This document shows, in pieces, positions 8,346 to 19,100 of a stretch of 37,455 nt of DNA. How positions within the stretch are numbered: the stretch's first letter is position 1; each line of letters starts with the position of its first letter. A program made the translations under genes and the position numbers. The DNA is from a virus (lineage: Duplodnaviria; Caudoviricetes): IMG/VR virus record IMGVR_UViG_3300037483_000320, positions 1-37,455 of that record, one strand, 5' to 3'. The notes beneath the pieces were generated by a model. The model was not told the origin of the DNA. It searched no databases and saw nothing but the letters and a program-made list of their open reading frames with translations.

Positions 8346-8893
8346 CCATGCTGATGGACGCGAAGACCCTGATCGGGTCGCCTGTGGACGCCTCCGGGAA
8401 CTACGACGGGCTGCTGGAGGACATGATCGACGGGGTGGTGGAGGCGGCCGGAGAGTTCATGGAGGCTTCCGTCCTGAAGGTGGAGGGCGTGGAGGTCTAC
8501 TTCGACGGCGGGGAGTCGACCATCTACCTGCCGCACTTCAACGTCTCCGGCGTTTCCGTCTACGAAGACGGGGTCCTGCTGGCATCGGACGAATACGCGC
8601 TCTATCCCGGCGCGGGTACTTCCGCGGCGAAGATCCTGAGGGAGAGCGGGCGTTTCCCCAGGGGAAACCGCATTGTGAAGGTCGTCTACGACGGCGGGTA
8701 CGCGGAGAACGACTACCCGTCATCCCTGCGGCGCAAGCTCCTGAAGCAGGTCGCCTACGAGTTCCGGCGCCGCAGCGACCCGGGACTGTCCGCCGTGTCA
8801 TACCCGGACGGATCGGTCCAGAAGTTCGCGCTGGGCGAATGGCTGCCCGACGTCGAGGCGGAGCTGCTCCGCCGGCGCAGGATCTGCTTGTGA
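8342..8893 (+). CDS. Head-tail connector/adaptor (HK97 gp6-like, extended)
   Basis: Position; YFDGG..IYLP, FPRGNRIVKVVYDGGY, PSSLRRKLLKQVAYEF, C-terminal LLRRRR. Start is GTG 8342 or ATG 8348. Confidence 0.75.
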   Translation: MTMLMDAKTLIGSPVDASGNYDGLLEDMIDGVVEAAGEFMEASVLKVEGVEVYFDGGESTIYLPHFNVSGVSVYEDGVLLASDEYALYPGAGTSAAKILRESGRFPRGNRIVKVVYDGGYAENDYPSSLRRKLLKQVAYEFRRRSDPGLSAVSYPDGSVQKFALGEWLPDVEAELLRRRRICL

Positions 8894-9522
8894 TCAAGGG
8901 CAAGGTCGACGGGACGGAAACGCTCGCCGCCGGCATCCAGAAGGTATCCCGCCGCGTCATGTCCGAGACGAAGCGGGTGCTGGCGACCGAGGCGGTCCTG
9001 ATGACCGCGCACACCAGGAAGTTCTTCATGTCCGGTCCGCGCCCGGATCGCCTCGGAGTCCGCACCGGGAACCTGCGGTCGCAGACGAAGCCCCTGCCGG
9101 TCACCGAGCGCCCCGGGGTGATCGAGTCCGGCATGGGGTTCGGGACGCAGTACGCGCGGACGCACGTGGGTCCCAAGGGCCAGGTGACGACGATCCGGGC
9201 GAAGAAGGGGAAGTTCCTCGCCATCCCGCTCAAGGCCGCCCTCACGCCGGCCGGAGTCCCCCGCGGGGCCCCGAGGTCCGGGATGTGGGGGGAGACGTTC
9301 TTCGCCAGGTCGCAGAAGGGGAAGCTGATCCTGTTCGGGAAGAAGGTCGCGCAGAAGGGCGCGCACGCAGGGCAGACGCGCGGCGACATCGTCCCACTGT
9401 TTCTCCTGATCAAGCAGGTCAAGATCAAGTCCCGTGTCCACCCCGAGGAGATCCTCGCGTACGAGAAGCCCCGGATGATCAAGGCGTTCCGTGAAATCGG
9501 GATCCGGCTGAAGGGAGTGTGA
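8890..9522 (+). CDS. Putative neck/tail-completion protein (HK97 gp10 / virion morphogenesis-like)
   Basis: Basic protein with VRTGNLRS, GTQYARTH, TIRAKKGKFLAIP motifs; position between connector and tail terminator. Confidence 0.65.
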   Translation: MIKGKVDGTETLAAGIQKVSRRVMSETKRVLATEAVLMTAHTRKFFMSGPRPDRLGVRTGNLRSQTKPLPVTERPGVIESGMGFGTQYARTHVGPKGQVTTIRAKKGKFLAIPLKAALTPAGVPRGAPRSGMWGETFFARSQKGKLILFGKKVAQKGAHAGQTRGDIVPLFLLIKQVKIKSRVHPEEILAYEKPRMIKAFREIGIRLKGV

Positions 9523-9523
9523 G

Positions 9524-9967
9524 ATGGCGGAGCCGCTGAAAACTCTGATCCTGCGGGCGATTGAGGAGGCTGTCGCGGCCATCCCCATGGTCGGATCGGT
9601 GAGGCGCAATCCGCCTTCTCCGCCGAAGAGGGAAACCGATATCTTCCCGGTAGTGTACGTATACGACGGCACCGAGTCGAAGAGGCGGCGGAACAGATAC
9701 TCCATGAACATCCTGCCGGTCCAGTTCGAGGTGTATTTCCTGGCCGACGAGGAGGACGCCAGCGACAAGGCGGATCTCATCGACTGCGAGATTTACAAGA
9801 CAGTCCTGAAAGATCCGGCGATTCTCGCCATGATTCAGGAAAACGCTCCAGACGAGGAGAGCAGCACGAGCAAGCAGTTCGTAGACGAATTCATGACAGC
9901 AGTTGTCAGTCGGTACGTCGTGAAGTACGCCCACGCCTACGGAGATCCGACCGACCCGGCGAAGTAG
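9524..9967 (+). CDS. Putative tail terminator (lambda gpU-like)
   Basis: 147-aa acidic protein immediately upstream of the tail tube; FPVVYVYDG strand. Confidence 0.55.
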   Translation: MAEPLKTLILRAIEEAVAAIPMVGSVRRNPPSPPKRETDIFPVVYVYDGTESKRRRNRYSMNILPVQFEVYFLADEEDASDKADLIDCEIYKTVLKDPAILAMIQENAPDEESSTSKQFVDEFMTAVVSRYVVKYAHAYGDPTDPAK

Positions 9968-9995
9968 CACGTAACACATAGATTTCCTTTCGTTT

Positions 9996-10032
9996 GAAGG
10001 GCCGCACTCCTCCTTTGGGGTGGCGGCCCTTT
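9996..10032 (+). terminator. Intrinsic terminator-like hairpin upstream of the tail tube gene
   Basis: GAAGGGCCGCACTCC...GGGGTGGCGGCCCTTTT. Confidence 0.65.
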
Positions 10033-10078
10033 TCGTTTCCAACGACCGCACACCCCATCCATGAAGGAGGAAGGAACG

Positions 10079-10603
10079 ATGCCTACCGCACCGAGTACGG
10101 GGAATTACTACCTGGGGAAAGGGATCTTGAGCTTCGACCGGTTCGACGCCGACGGGCTGCCCACCGGCCTGCGGGACCTGGGCAACGCGCCCAACTTCAC
10201 CATCCAGCCGACCCTCGAGACGCTGGACCATTTCTCCAGCCGGGAGGGGATCAAGACGAAGGACCTCTCCGTCGTAACGATGGTCGGCGCCACCGTGAAG
10301 TTCAAGCTGGAGGAGTACGACAAGGCGAACCTCGCCCTGGCGTTCCTCGGCGAGGTGTCCGGGAGCATCATCCATGCGCTGACGCAGACGCAGCTCGAGG
10401 GTGAGCTCCGGTTCGCCGGCGCAAACGACATCGGGCCGAACTTCAACGCGATCTGCTGGCGGGTGCGCCTGAAGCCGACCTCGGAGGTCCCATTCATCAC
10501 GGACGAGTGGGGCGGGATCGAGTTCGAGGGCGAGATCCTCTCCGACGTCGCGAACCACCCGACCTCCCCGTTCTTCGACCTCGAGGAAGTGGTGGCGAGC
10601 TGA
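10079..10603 (+). CDS. Major tail (tube) protein
   Basis: AAGGAGG RBS; NYYLGKG..RDLGNAPNF..LDHFSSREG..FITDEWGGIEFEGEIL; precedes chaperones and tape measure; no sheath gene present. Confidence 0.82.
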   Translation: MPTAPSTGNYYLGKGILSFDRFDADGLPTGLRDLGNAPNFTIQPTLETLDHFSSREGIKTKDLSVVTMVGATVKFKLEEYDKANLALAFLGEVSGSIIHALTQTQLEGELRFAGANDIGPNFNAICWRVRLKPTSEVPFITDEWGGIEFEGEILSDVANHPTSPFFDLEEVVAS

Positions 10604-10604
10604 C

Positions 10605-11045
10605 ATGGCGCCTGGAAAAGCCGACGATCAGATCCTCTTCCCCGAAGTCGAGGTGGAAGGGTACAAGGTCCGGCCGTGGACGCTGGCGCAGTCCGTCGCG
10701 CTGGCGCCCACGCTCGGGGCGCTGGTGGAGATCGCAAGGACCGCCGGGCTCGGGGAGATCCTCCTGAAGTTCATGGATCTCCTCGGCCCCGGCAAAGGGG
10801 ATACCGGGGAGGCTTTCGCCAAGGCGGAGCAGGAGATCGTGAAAGCCCTGCCCGGCCTGCTGCCGAAGCTCCTCCCGCACGCTCCGAAGATCCTCTCCGT
10901 CTCCCTCGCCATCACGGAGGAGGAGGCCGGGGCGTTCGACTTAAAGAAAGCCACCACGCTCCTGCTCGCGATCGTCGTGGGGAACATCGACTACCTAAAA
11001 AACTCCTTCGGCCCGGTGACCGCAACGCCGATGATGGCGAGCTGA
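10605..11045 (+). CDS. Tail assembly chaperone (gpG-like)
   Basis: Position between tail tube and tape measure; slippery heptamer near the 3' end. Confidence 0.8.
   Translation: MAPGKADDQILFPEVEVEGYKVRPWTLAQSVALAPTLGALVEIARTAGLGEILLKFMDLLGPGKGDTGEAFAKAEQEIVKALPGLLPKLLPHAPKILSVSLAITEEEAGAFDLKKATTLLLAIVVGNIDYLKNSFGPVTATPMMAS
10997..11003 (+). other. Programmed -1 ribosomal frameshift site A-AAA-AAC
   Basis: CTA AAA AAC in frame with 10605; the -1 frame stays open to 11350. Confidence 0.85.
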
Positions 11046-11350
11046 TCCGGGCCGTCGAGTTTCTGGTTTCGAGAGGACATCCGCTACGCGACGTCCTGCA
11101 CGTCTACACGATGGAGCAGGTCTACGCGCTCGAGGAGGCCGCACATCAGAACGCCTCCTCCGACACGGCCGAGGCGGCGACGGCGTTTCGGGCCGCGCAG
11201 GCCAAAGACGCCGCCTGGAAGAAGTATCTGGACCATCTATCCGCAAGGACGAAGAAGGCCGGGAAGAAGTCGGCGGCGATGGCTCCCGCCGTGATGTCAC
11301 GGGCGCAGATGGCGGAATTGAAGAAGCTGTCCTCCAGAAGGGCGAACTGA
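10997..11350 (+). CDS. Frameshifted tail chaperone extension (gpT part of gpGT)
   Basis: -1 frame after the slippery site (KKLLRPGDRNADDGELIRAVEFL...YTMEQV...); stop overlaps the tape measure ATG. Confidence 0.78.
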   Translation, partial: KKLLRPGDRNADDGELIRAVEFLVSRGHPLRDVLHVYTMEQVYALEEAAHQNASSDTAEAATAFRAAQAKDAAWKKYLDHLSARTKKAGKKSAAMAPAVMSRAQMAELKKLSSRRAN

Positions 11351-14300
11351 TGGCGAACGAGCAGGTCATAGCGAATCTGATCGTCCGGCTCTCCGCGCAG
11401 ACGGTGGAGATGGCGGCCGGCCTCAAGAGGGCCGAGACTGAAATACAGTCCTTTCAGTCGAGGACCACCGCAACGCTGCAGAAATTCGCCGGCTATTTCG
11501 CGGGCGCGTTCAGCATGTTGGCCGTCATCAATGGACTGAAGCGCTCGACCCGGGAGGCACTGGAATTCGGGAAAGCGATGGAGGAGGTATCCACGCTGCT
11601 CCCGAAGACCGCGGACATGGCGCCGCTCACCGAAGGGGCGAAAGCCGCCGCGAAGCTCTTCGGCAAGGCCCCCACGGAGCAGGCGAGGGCCTACTACCAG
11701 ATCATCAGTGCGGGCGCAACCAACGCGACAGAAGCCACCAACATCTTGACCGCGTCCAACAAGCTGGCCGTCGGCGGAGTGACGGACGTGCGCACGGCGG
11801 CCGACGGTCTCACCTCCATCCTCAATGCCTACGGCATCGAGTCCTCCCGGGCGACCGAGGTGACCGATGCGATGTTCGTGGCGATGCGGGCCGGGAAAAC
11901 CACGATCGGAGAACTGTCCGGCGCCATCGGCGGCCTTGCCCCGATCGCATCCCAGGTAGGCGTTTCGCTCGACGACATCCTGGCGGCCACCGCCGCGCTT
12001 ACCAAGGGCGGGGTGGCCACCGGCGAGGCCATGAACGGACTGAAGGGCATCCTGGCGGCGGTGCTCAAGCAGGGTACCGAATCGACGGACATGGCGAAGG
12101 CGCTCGGTATCGAGTTTTCCGCCGCCGCCATCCGGACGAAAGGTCTGTCCGGCTTCATCGCAGAGGTAGCGGAAAAGACCGGGGGCGGCGAGGAGGCGCT
12201 CGCCAAGCTCTTCGGAAGAGTCCAAGCCCTTCAACCGGTCATGGCGCTGGGCGGGAACGCGGCGAAGGACTACGCGACAATCCTCGGCGACATGGCGAAG
12301 AAGGCCGGGGAAACGGAGGAGGCGTTCCGGAAGATGTCGGAGGGGGCGTCCTTCAAGCTTGATCAGCTGAAGGCGTCCATTGCCGTGATCGGCATCGAGT
12401 TCGGAGACAAGCTCCTGAAGGTCATTGTCCCAATTGCCCAGGCAGTCGTGGAGCATATCGACGGAATCATCGCGGTTTCGGAGCTCCTAGCCGCAGTGAT
12501 CGCCTCGCGCGTGGTCACGGCGCTTGTTCTGTACACCGCGCAGCTTGGAGTCTCTATCGTTCGGGGATTGCAGGCCACGGCGGTGCTAGCAGGGTACTCC
12601 TCCACGGCGCTTCTCGCGGCGGCGAAACTCCGAATACTTGGATTTGCCGCGAACGTTGCCGCAGGCCAGCTGGGCATTCTCGCCGGAGCGCTGCGACTCC
12701 TTGGGGGGCCGATCGGAGCCATCATCACGGGGCTTACGCTCGCCGCCGCAGCCTGGACGCTCTTCGGTCAGAAGGCGGAGGACGCCAGCGAGAAAGCCAT
12801 CGACCAGATCCACAAGATGGTCGCGGAATACGGCAACATCCCGAAGCCGCATCAGGCGATCCTGGACGCGATCGAGAAAGAAACCGCCGCCCTCGAGAAA
12901 GAAAGCGCGCGTCTCCGTGCGATGAAAGCGGATATCAACGCCAACACTTCCGCCGCCGAAGCGATGATGCTGGCAATGGGCGATGTGGGAGCGGTCGCCA
13001 ATCTGGAAGACATTGACAGGCAACTCGTAGCCAACGCCGCCAAGCTGAGAAAGCTGACGGATGAACGCCTTGCGCTTATGGAGAAAGTGCGCAAGGCGGA
13101 AGCCGCGCCGGAGGAAGGTAAGCCGAAGCCGATAAAAGTATTCGAGACCCCGGAAGTCCTCGCGGCACGGCACAAGGCGAATCTGAAGATCGCCCAGGTC
13201 ATGCTCGCGGAGGAGCTCGCGGTCCTGGAGGACTCCTACAAGCAGGGCGCGATCGACTTGGAAACCTACTACGAGCGTCGCAAGCAGATCGTCACCCAGA
13301 AGATCAGGGAAGAAATCGCGCTCCTGAAGAAAGAGGCTGGATCCAAGGAAACCAAGCCGGAGAGGAAAGAGGAGATCCGCGCGGAGGTGTTCGCGCTGGA
13401 ATCCGCCGGCCGGACCGAGATCATCAGGGTCACCCGGGAACAGGCCGATGCGTACAAGGCCCTGTGGTCCGCGATCGGCGAGGGGGATCTCGCTGGTTTC
13501 GTGGCGAAGAACAACCTCCTGATGGACAGCCTGCAAGCCCAGTTCGAGGACGGGCTGGTATCGACGCGGGATTACTTCGACGAGCGGCGGAAGATCATCG
13601 AAGAGAACGCTCGCGCCGCCATCACGAACGTCGAGGACCAGATCGCCCTCGGCATGGATCCGGCCGCCGCCGAGGACGCCGCGAACAGGATCAAGTCAAT
13701 CCGGGCGCAGTTGGTAGCGGACCTGCAGATGGTCGACCGGGAAGAGGTCCTGCAAGTCAGGGTGAGCGAAGAGGAGAAGTGGAGGATACAACAGCAGTTC
13801 GCGCAGCTAAAGGTGGACGCCGCGGCGGGCGACCTGGAACGTCTTCAGGCGCAGCAGGAGGTCGAGAGGGTGAACCTCGACCGGCAACACGCGGAGCAGA
13901 TCCGGCAGATTCAGGAGTCCAAAGATGACCTGATCGCCATCGACGGGGAATACCTGACGAAGAAGGAGGCGCTGGAACAGGCGCAGCACCTGCAGTTCAT
14001 GGCACGGATGAAGCTGCAGGCCGATCAGGAGCGGTCCGTGCTGCTGGCCCGGCTCCAGATGGCCTCGCAGGTCGCCACCGGTATGCAGGACCTATTCGGT
14101 ACGCTCTACGAGTCTTCCGGCAAAAAAATCAAGGCGTTCTTCTACCTCCAGAAGGCGGCGGCGATCGCCAATGCGGTCATCAACACAGCGGAAGGCGTAA
14201 CCAAGGCGCTCGCCCAGGGCGGGATCTTCGGGCCCGTCATGGCCGGGATCATCACCGCTACCGGTGCCGCACAGATCGCCCTGATCATGGCGCAGACGTT

Positions 14301-14676
14301 CAAGGGGATGTGGAAGGGTGGCCCGGTCACCGGCGGTTCCGGCACAAAGGATGATGTGCCGATCATGGCGACGCGTGGCGAGTTCATGCAGCCGGAGCCG
14401 ACCGTACGCTACTACGGCGTCGAGGTGATGGAGGCCATCCGACGCAGGTTGATCCCGAGGGAGAACCTCCGCGGCTTTGGGTTCTTCCCGGTGGCCCGGC
14501 CGCAGTTCGCGTTCGCGGAGGGGGGAGCAGTCTCCGGGAGGGGGATGTCCACAACGAATAACTTTGTGGACGTGGGAGGCGTCAATGTAAGCAACGGGGA
14601 CAAAGTCCTGGGGTCGAAGATGTTGAAAGCGATGGAGGAGACAGCGATCAGGGTCATGAAGGAGCACACCCGTTGA
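11350..14676 (+). CDS. Tail tape measure protein (TP901-type core)
   Basis: 1108 aa, Ala-rich and helical; LIVRLSA N-terminus; AYYQIISAG, GKTTIGEL, GVSLDDILAATAALTKGG; C-terminal GGPVTGGSGTKDDVP...FAEGG. Confidence 0.93.
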   Translation: MANEQVIANLIVRLSAQTVEMAAGLKRAETEIQSFQSRTTATLQKFAGYFAGAFSMLAVINGLKRSTREALEFGKAMEEVSTLLPKTADMAPLTEGAKAAAKLFGKAPTEQARAYYQIISAGATNATEATNILTASNKLAVGGVTDVRTAADGLTSILNAYGIESSRATEVTDAMFVAMRAGKTTIGELSGAIGGLAPIASQVGVSLDDILAATAALTKGGVATGEAMNGLKGILAAVLKQGTESTDMAKALGIEFSAAAIRTKGLSGFIAEVAEKTGGGEEALAKLFGRVQALQPVMALGGNAAKDYATILGDMAKKAGETEEAFRKMSEGASFKLDQLKASIAVIGIEFGDKLLKVIVPIAQAVVEHIDGIIAVSELLAAVIASRVVTALVLYTAQLGVSIVRGLQATAVLAGYSSTALLAAAKLRILGFAANVAAGQLGILAGALRLLGGPIGAIITGLTLAAAAWTLFGQKAEDASEKAIDQIHKMVAEYGNIPKPHQAILDAIEKETAALEKESARLRAMKADINANTSAAEAMMLAMGDVGAVANLEDIDRQLVANAAKLRKLTDERLALMEKVRKAEAAPEEGKPKPIKVFETPEVLAARHKANLKIAQVMLAEELAVLEDSYKQGAIDLETYYERRKQIVTQKIREEIALLKKEAGSKETKPERKEEIRAEVFALESAGRTEIIRVTREQADAYKALWSAIGEGDLAGFVAKNNLLMDSLQAQFEDGLVSTRDYFDERRKIIEENARAAITNVEDQIALGMDPAAAEDAANRIKSIRAQLVADLQMVDREEVLQVRVSEEEKWRIQQQFAQLKVDAAAGDLERLQAQQEVERVNLDRQHAEQIRQIQESKDDLIAIDGEYLTKKEALEQAQHLQFMARMKLQADQERSVLLARLQMASQVATGMQDLFGTLYESSGKKIKAFFYLQKAAAIANAVINTAEGVTKALAQGGIFGPVMAGIITATGAAQIALIMAQTFKGMWKGGPVTGGSGTKDDVPIMATRGEFMQPEPTVRYYGVEVMEAIRRRLIPRENLRGFGFFPVARPQFAFAEGGAVSGRGMSTTNNFVDVGGVNVSNGDKVLGSKMLKAMEETAIRVMKEHTR

Positions 14677-15050
14677 TCCTCGGCGCCCTCACGCTGGCGT
14701 GGGATCCGGACAAATGGACGATCCCTGACGCCCGTCATGTGATCTCGGAGGTCGATACCTACTCGTCGAACGTCATCTTCTTCTACGGCGAGAAGATCGT
14801 CGGGAAGCAGATCGTACTCGAGTGGGAGTGGATGTCGCAGGCGCAGTTCGACGCGCTCGATGTTCTCTACCAGGCCGATCTTCCGGTCGTGTGGGACCTA
14901 GAGGAACCGACGGACCCGAGGACATTCACGGTGGAGATCGAGAATCTGGAGGGGGAACTGTTCGATGTGGCGCTGTGGGATCTACCGCATCGTAGGAACG
15001 TGAAGGTGTCGCTCCTCATCCTGTCCGTGACCGGGGCGGTGATGTCATGA
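14673..15050 (+). CDS. Putative distal tail (Dit-like) protein, copy 1
   Basis: 125 aa, immediately after the tape measure, TTGA overlap; paralogous to the next two ORFs. Confidence 0.6.
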   Translation: MILGALTLAWDPDKWTIPDARHVISEVDTYSSNVIFFYGEKIVGKQIVLEWEWMSQAQFDALDVLYQADLPVVWDLEEPTDPRTFTVEIENLEGELFDVALWDLPHRRNVKVSLLILSVTGAVMS

Positions 15051-16009
15051 AGCTCGGAGCCTACGAGTTCGAGTGGGTCCCTGACGAGATGGACATCCCG
15101 CGCCCGGAGAAGACGACGGCCGTGCAGAAGAACTTCGGCAACGTCGGCTACTTCGCGTGGGGTCCGCAACTGATCGGCAAGGAAGTGAAGATGAAGTGGA
15201 ACTTCACTTCCATCGCGCAGTACGAGGCGTTCAAGGCCCTGTTCCTCGCCGGCGGCGTTCATGTGCTCGACTTGACTCCGGAAACGATGTTCGTCGGCGT
15301 GAGTGGAGACGCCGCTTATCAATGGCCCGATCCGAACCCGTATCCCGCCCCAGGATACGAAGGGACACCGGGTGGTCCGACATACCGGCGGTTCTACATT
15401 TCGCCGGTCCGCAATGCGCCGTGGGCCGATATAAACGAATTCCCTTACGTCGTGCAATATAACATGACCCCTATTGGCGGAGACTGGCCTATGGTGGATC
15501 ACGGGAACGTCAAGTCGCTGTACGTCTCCGATCCGCTCAATTCGTATATCGAGATGGACCAGACCGGCTCCGACGGGCTCCCCACTTGGCAGACCGGCGC
15601 GATCATAATAGACGATCTTTACTCAGCGAGCGCGATTGTTCTGCCATGGGATGCCGACGTACGGCAGTATTACATCTACCCAGATCCGCCTTTGACCACA
15701 ACGAAGATCTACTACGACAAGGCCAGCGCACTCATCCATCAGGAGAAGTGGTATCCGGAAGTCGCCGGGGCGGGTTCGTTTCCGTACGAGGTGGATGCCG
15801 CGAACCCGACGAAGATTTGGAATCTGTTTTACTCCGGCGATGCATCCTCCATTCTGACGGAATGCGGCGAGGACGCGCATGGGACGTGGATCATGGTGCG
15901 TCCGGTTCCCGGATACTCGCAGGTCCGCGTATGTGGTGCGGAGTACATGAATTCCTACCGAGCAGGAGATGGCTGGAAAGACTTCGTCGTCGTCCCATGG
16001 GGGCCGTGA
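15047..16009 (+). CDS. Dit-like protein copy 2, N-terminal half plus ~245-aa inserted domain
   Basis: First ~76 aa align with 14673-15050 (LGA..W.PD..IP..GK....W...S.AQ..A...L..A....DL), followed by an aromatic-rich unrelated domain. Confidence 0.6.
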   Translation: MKLGAYEFEWVPDEMDIPRPEKTTAVQKNFGNVGYFAWGPQLIGKEVKMKWNFTSIAQYEAFKALFLAGGVHVLDLTPETMFVGVSGDAAYQWPDPNPYPAPGYEGTPGGPTYRRFYISPVRNAPWADINEFPYVVQYNMTPIGGDWPMVDHGNVKSLYVSDPLNSYIEMDQTGSDGLPTWQTGAIIIDDLYSASAIVLPWDADVRQYYIYPDPPLTTTKIYYDKASALIHQEKWYPEVAGAGSFPYEVDAANPTKIWNLFYSGDASSILTECGEDAHGTWIMVRPVPGYSQVRVCGAEYMNSYRAGDGWKDFVVVPWGP

Positions 16010-16010
16010 G

Positions 16011-16190
16011 ATGGCATTCCTCCCTGGATGGAACGACCTTCATGAGCCGCCGACGGGCCAGACCGCGCTGAAGTACAACGTGGTCATCAAGGACCTGAAG
16101 GCGAAGTTCCTCGAGGTGGTGGACTATGATCAGCCGTACCGGTTGGACGTCGAACTGACGCTGAGCATCCGCTCCGTGGTGGAGGAATAG
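16011..16190 (+). CDS. Dit-like protein copy 2, C-terminal half (59 aa)
   Basis: EPPTGQTALKYNVVIKDLKAKFLEVVDYDQPYRLDVELTLSIRSV aligns with EEPTDPRTFTVEIENLEGELFDVALWDLPHRRNVKVSLLILSV of copy 1. Confidence 0.6.
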   Translation: MAFLPGWNDLHEPPTGQTALKYNVVIKDLKAKFLEVVDYDQPYRLDVELTLSIRSVVEE

Positions 16191-19100
16191 ATGGCGCAGA
16201 CGCTGTCAGAACCCCTCGCCGCCGCGCAGCTTCTCACGGAGCGAAAGCCCCTCGTCGAGGTCACTTCCGACAAGTTCGTTCCGGACATCCCGTTCGTGGG
16301 GCAACGCCTCTCCACGGATTACAACGGCCTCTCGGAGAGGAACCCCGCCGCGCTCGCGCTCTCCGATGGCAGGTTGTTCGCGCTCACGACCTTCTCCTCC
16401 GGCTCATACGCTCGGTTCAGCATCTCCAACGTCGATCGTACGGAGTGGGACGAGTACATGATCCCGGCGAGTCTTACGAAGCCCGCCGTCGTGGAGATGC
16501 CGGGAGGCAAGGTCGGGATCCTGACTGCGGGCGTAAGTTATGTCTACGACCTGAACACGGTTCCTCCCGCCCTGGTGGCAAGCGGAAGCACCGGCATTGC
16601 GGGCGAAGAGTTTTACATCAGCACTTCCGTGAATCCGGAGGACAGGGTCGGGAACAGGGCCGTCGTTCGGCTCGCGAACGGGAACTACATGGCGGTCTAT
16701 GTCGCGGACGACGCCACTTACCCAGCGCACGGGAATATCACCCTGAAGTACAGCATCTCCTCGGACTTCATCACATGGGGCGCATGGACCGCGATTCCGC
16801 TGGTGAATTCAGAAGCCACGCACCCGAAGTACAATCCCTTCCTCTTCGTCACCGAGAACGGTGATGTCAATCTCCTGTTCGAGTACGTGGAGCAATACAC
16901 GGGCGCTCTCGGAACGACCGAGAAGGTGAACATCTACCACTACGTATCCGATGATAACGGGGCGACTTGGACGTATGCGCCCGGTTCCAGCACTCAATCC
17001 GGCCCGAACGGGAGGACTGCCGGCGCGATCACCTTCTATCCCGATTTCGGAACGACGGCAAGGCATCCGTACGCGATCTCCCTCGGGGCCGGCAACTGGA
17101 GGATTTCGTACGTCGAGACGGCCTCCGCGCTCCACATGAACACGACCGCCCTCGGATGGGAGGGGCTTGACTCCGTTGTGGGGATGCACTTCGACGAGGT
17201 GGCCCGAAAGACCTACGTCGTGAACTACAACGCGAACGATGGCGGGAATCTGAGTTCGATCGTGGTCGTCAATCCAGACACGTGGCAGCCGATCAAATCG
17301 ATCTGGTCCGGCTCGACCCCGACGTTCAGCCCTTTCTGGTTCGCAGGTGGATCGTTCGAACTTCATGATACAACGGGCGCGCGCGAATTGACGATCATTC
17401 GCCGGGCGAACAGCATCGGCATTTACAACTCTGACACCGACCAATGCACCGAGTTTCATTTCGACGCGATCCCCGCGTACGGCGTCGATGCGAACATCTC
17501 CCCGAAAGCGGTCGGATCCACGGGAGGCATCGGACACTCGGAAGGGCCGATGTCGATCGAGAGGATGTTCCTCGACTACGAGAACCGGATCCTCTACCTT
17601 TACTGGGCGACCTCCTACATCTGGGGCGGATGCTACGGGATCGGGAAGATCGACCTGACGCAGACCGGTCCGGAGTACACGCACGATGTCATGTGGGTCA
17701 AGAGTTCATATCCTGCGCCGGTTGTCTCCATCAGTCAGGCGCAGATGGAAGCGATCGGGGGCGCGTATGCCGACTTCCATGTATTCCCGGGCGACAACCT
17801 GATCGTCTTCTCGGGCGGGTGGAATTCGCACATAGAGGGCTTGGGCGGGCCGTGGCTCGGTGTCACGATGGTTTACACGATGGACGGGGTTCTGCTGAAG
17901 CAGTTCGACGACAACAACAGCGACACGTATCCCTATCGCGGGATCCAGAAGTTCGCGAAGGTGGGTCACGATCTATACGGGATCTTCTACTACGAGCACA
18001 ATTACGACAACGCCGGAAGGTACGGGATCTGCAAACTCGACCTCACGGACTTCTCGGTCGCTTACTTCCGCCCGGAGTTCGCGACCGTCGAGGACTACGG
18101 GTTCAACAGCATCATCCCGATCAAGGACGGCGATGAGCTGCTGCTGACCTCCGATACCTATGGGGCGGCGCGATTTGTCATCGCGGATGCCTCGTGGGTC
18201 TCGTACACGAACACGACCCTTCCCGGCCTGTTCCCCTATTCGGGCTCTGCCGAGATTGCGGCATACGACACCGTGAACGCCGGGATCTTCCTCGGGTCGA
18301 TCAACAATGCGATGCTCATCTACTTTTACGAGAGCGGATCGTTCAGCCAGCCGCAATACGGCTCCGCCGTGTTTGGAGGGAGCGTATGGGATTACGGATC
18401 CTTCTCCCCGCTGACGTCCATCTTCCGGGAGAAGCAACTCGTGATGACGAACGACCCCGCATCTTCCGGGGGGATGTACGCCTTCTGGACGCACGTGAAC
18501 GCGGACGGCTCCACGAGAATCCGGTGGGACAAGGACCTGTCGGAGTTCGACCTCACCGACTACCTCGTCGGCGGGTCTTCCGTCACGATCAAGAGAAGCA
18601 TCGACGGATCGCCGAACAAGCTGTCCTTCTCCGTGACGCACGGGCACCTGTTCGATCCGCACAACCAGGACTCGCTGTGGTCGATGATCCTGAAGAAGCA
18701 TCGCCGGATCACGGTGCGGTTCGGAGAGGACATCGGCGGGACGGCGTACTGGGTAAATGCCGGGACGTTCGTGGTCGTCGGCGGGAAGATGTCCTATGCC
18801 CGGGGCGAGTACCCCACGATGAACGTCGAGGCGGAGGACATCCGGATCTGGTGGGAGGATGCCGAGATCGTGGCGACCAACCACTACGAGATGACCCCGG
18901 AGGACATCCTCCAGGACGTCGTCTCCTCATGGGGCGGGATGGACCTAGCGGACATCGTGATCCCCGCGATGTACGGCTCATACGTCATCTGGTTCCAATG
19001 GCTCGACACGACGGTCAAGAAGGTCGTCGACGCGCTCTGCTTCCGGTTCGGATATTTCCCGTCGATCACCGCGGACAACAAGTTCACCGTCCGGCCGATC

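Noticed and set aside
9524-11350. Contractile tail or tailocin interpretation
   Set aside because: No sheath or baseplate wedge genes; capsid, portal and terminase are present.
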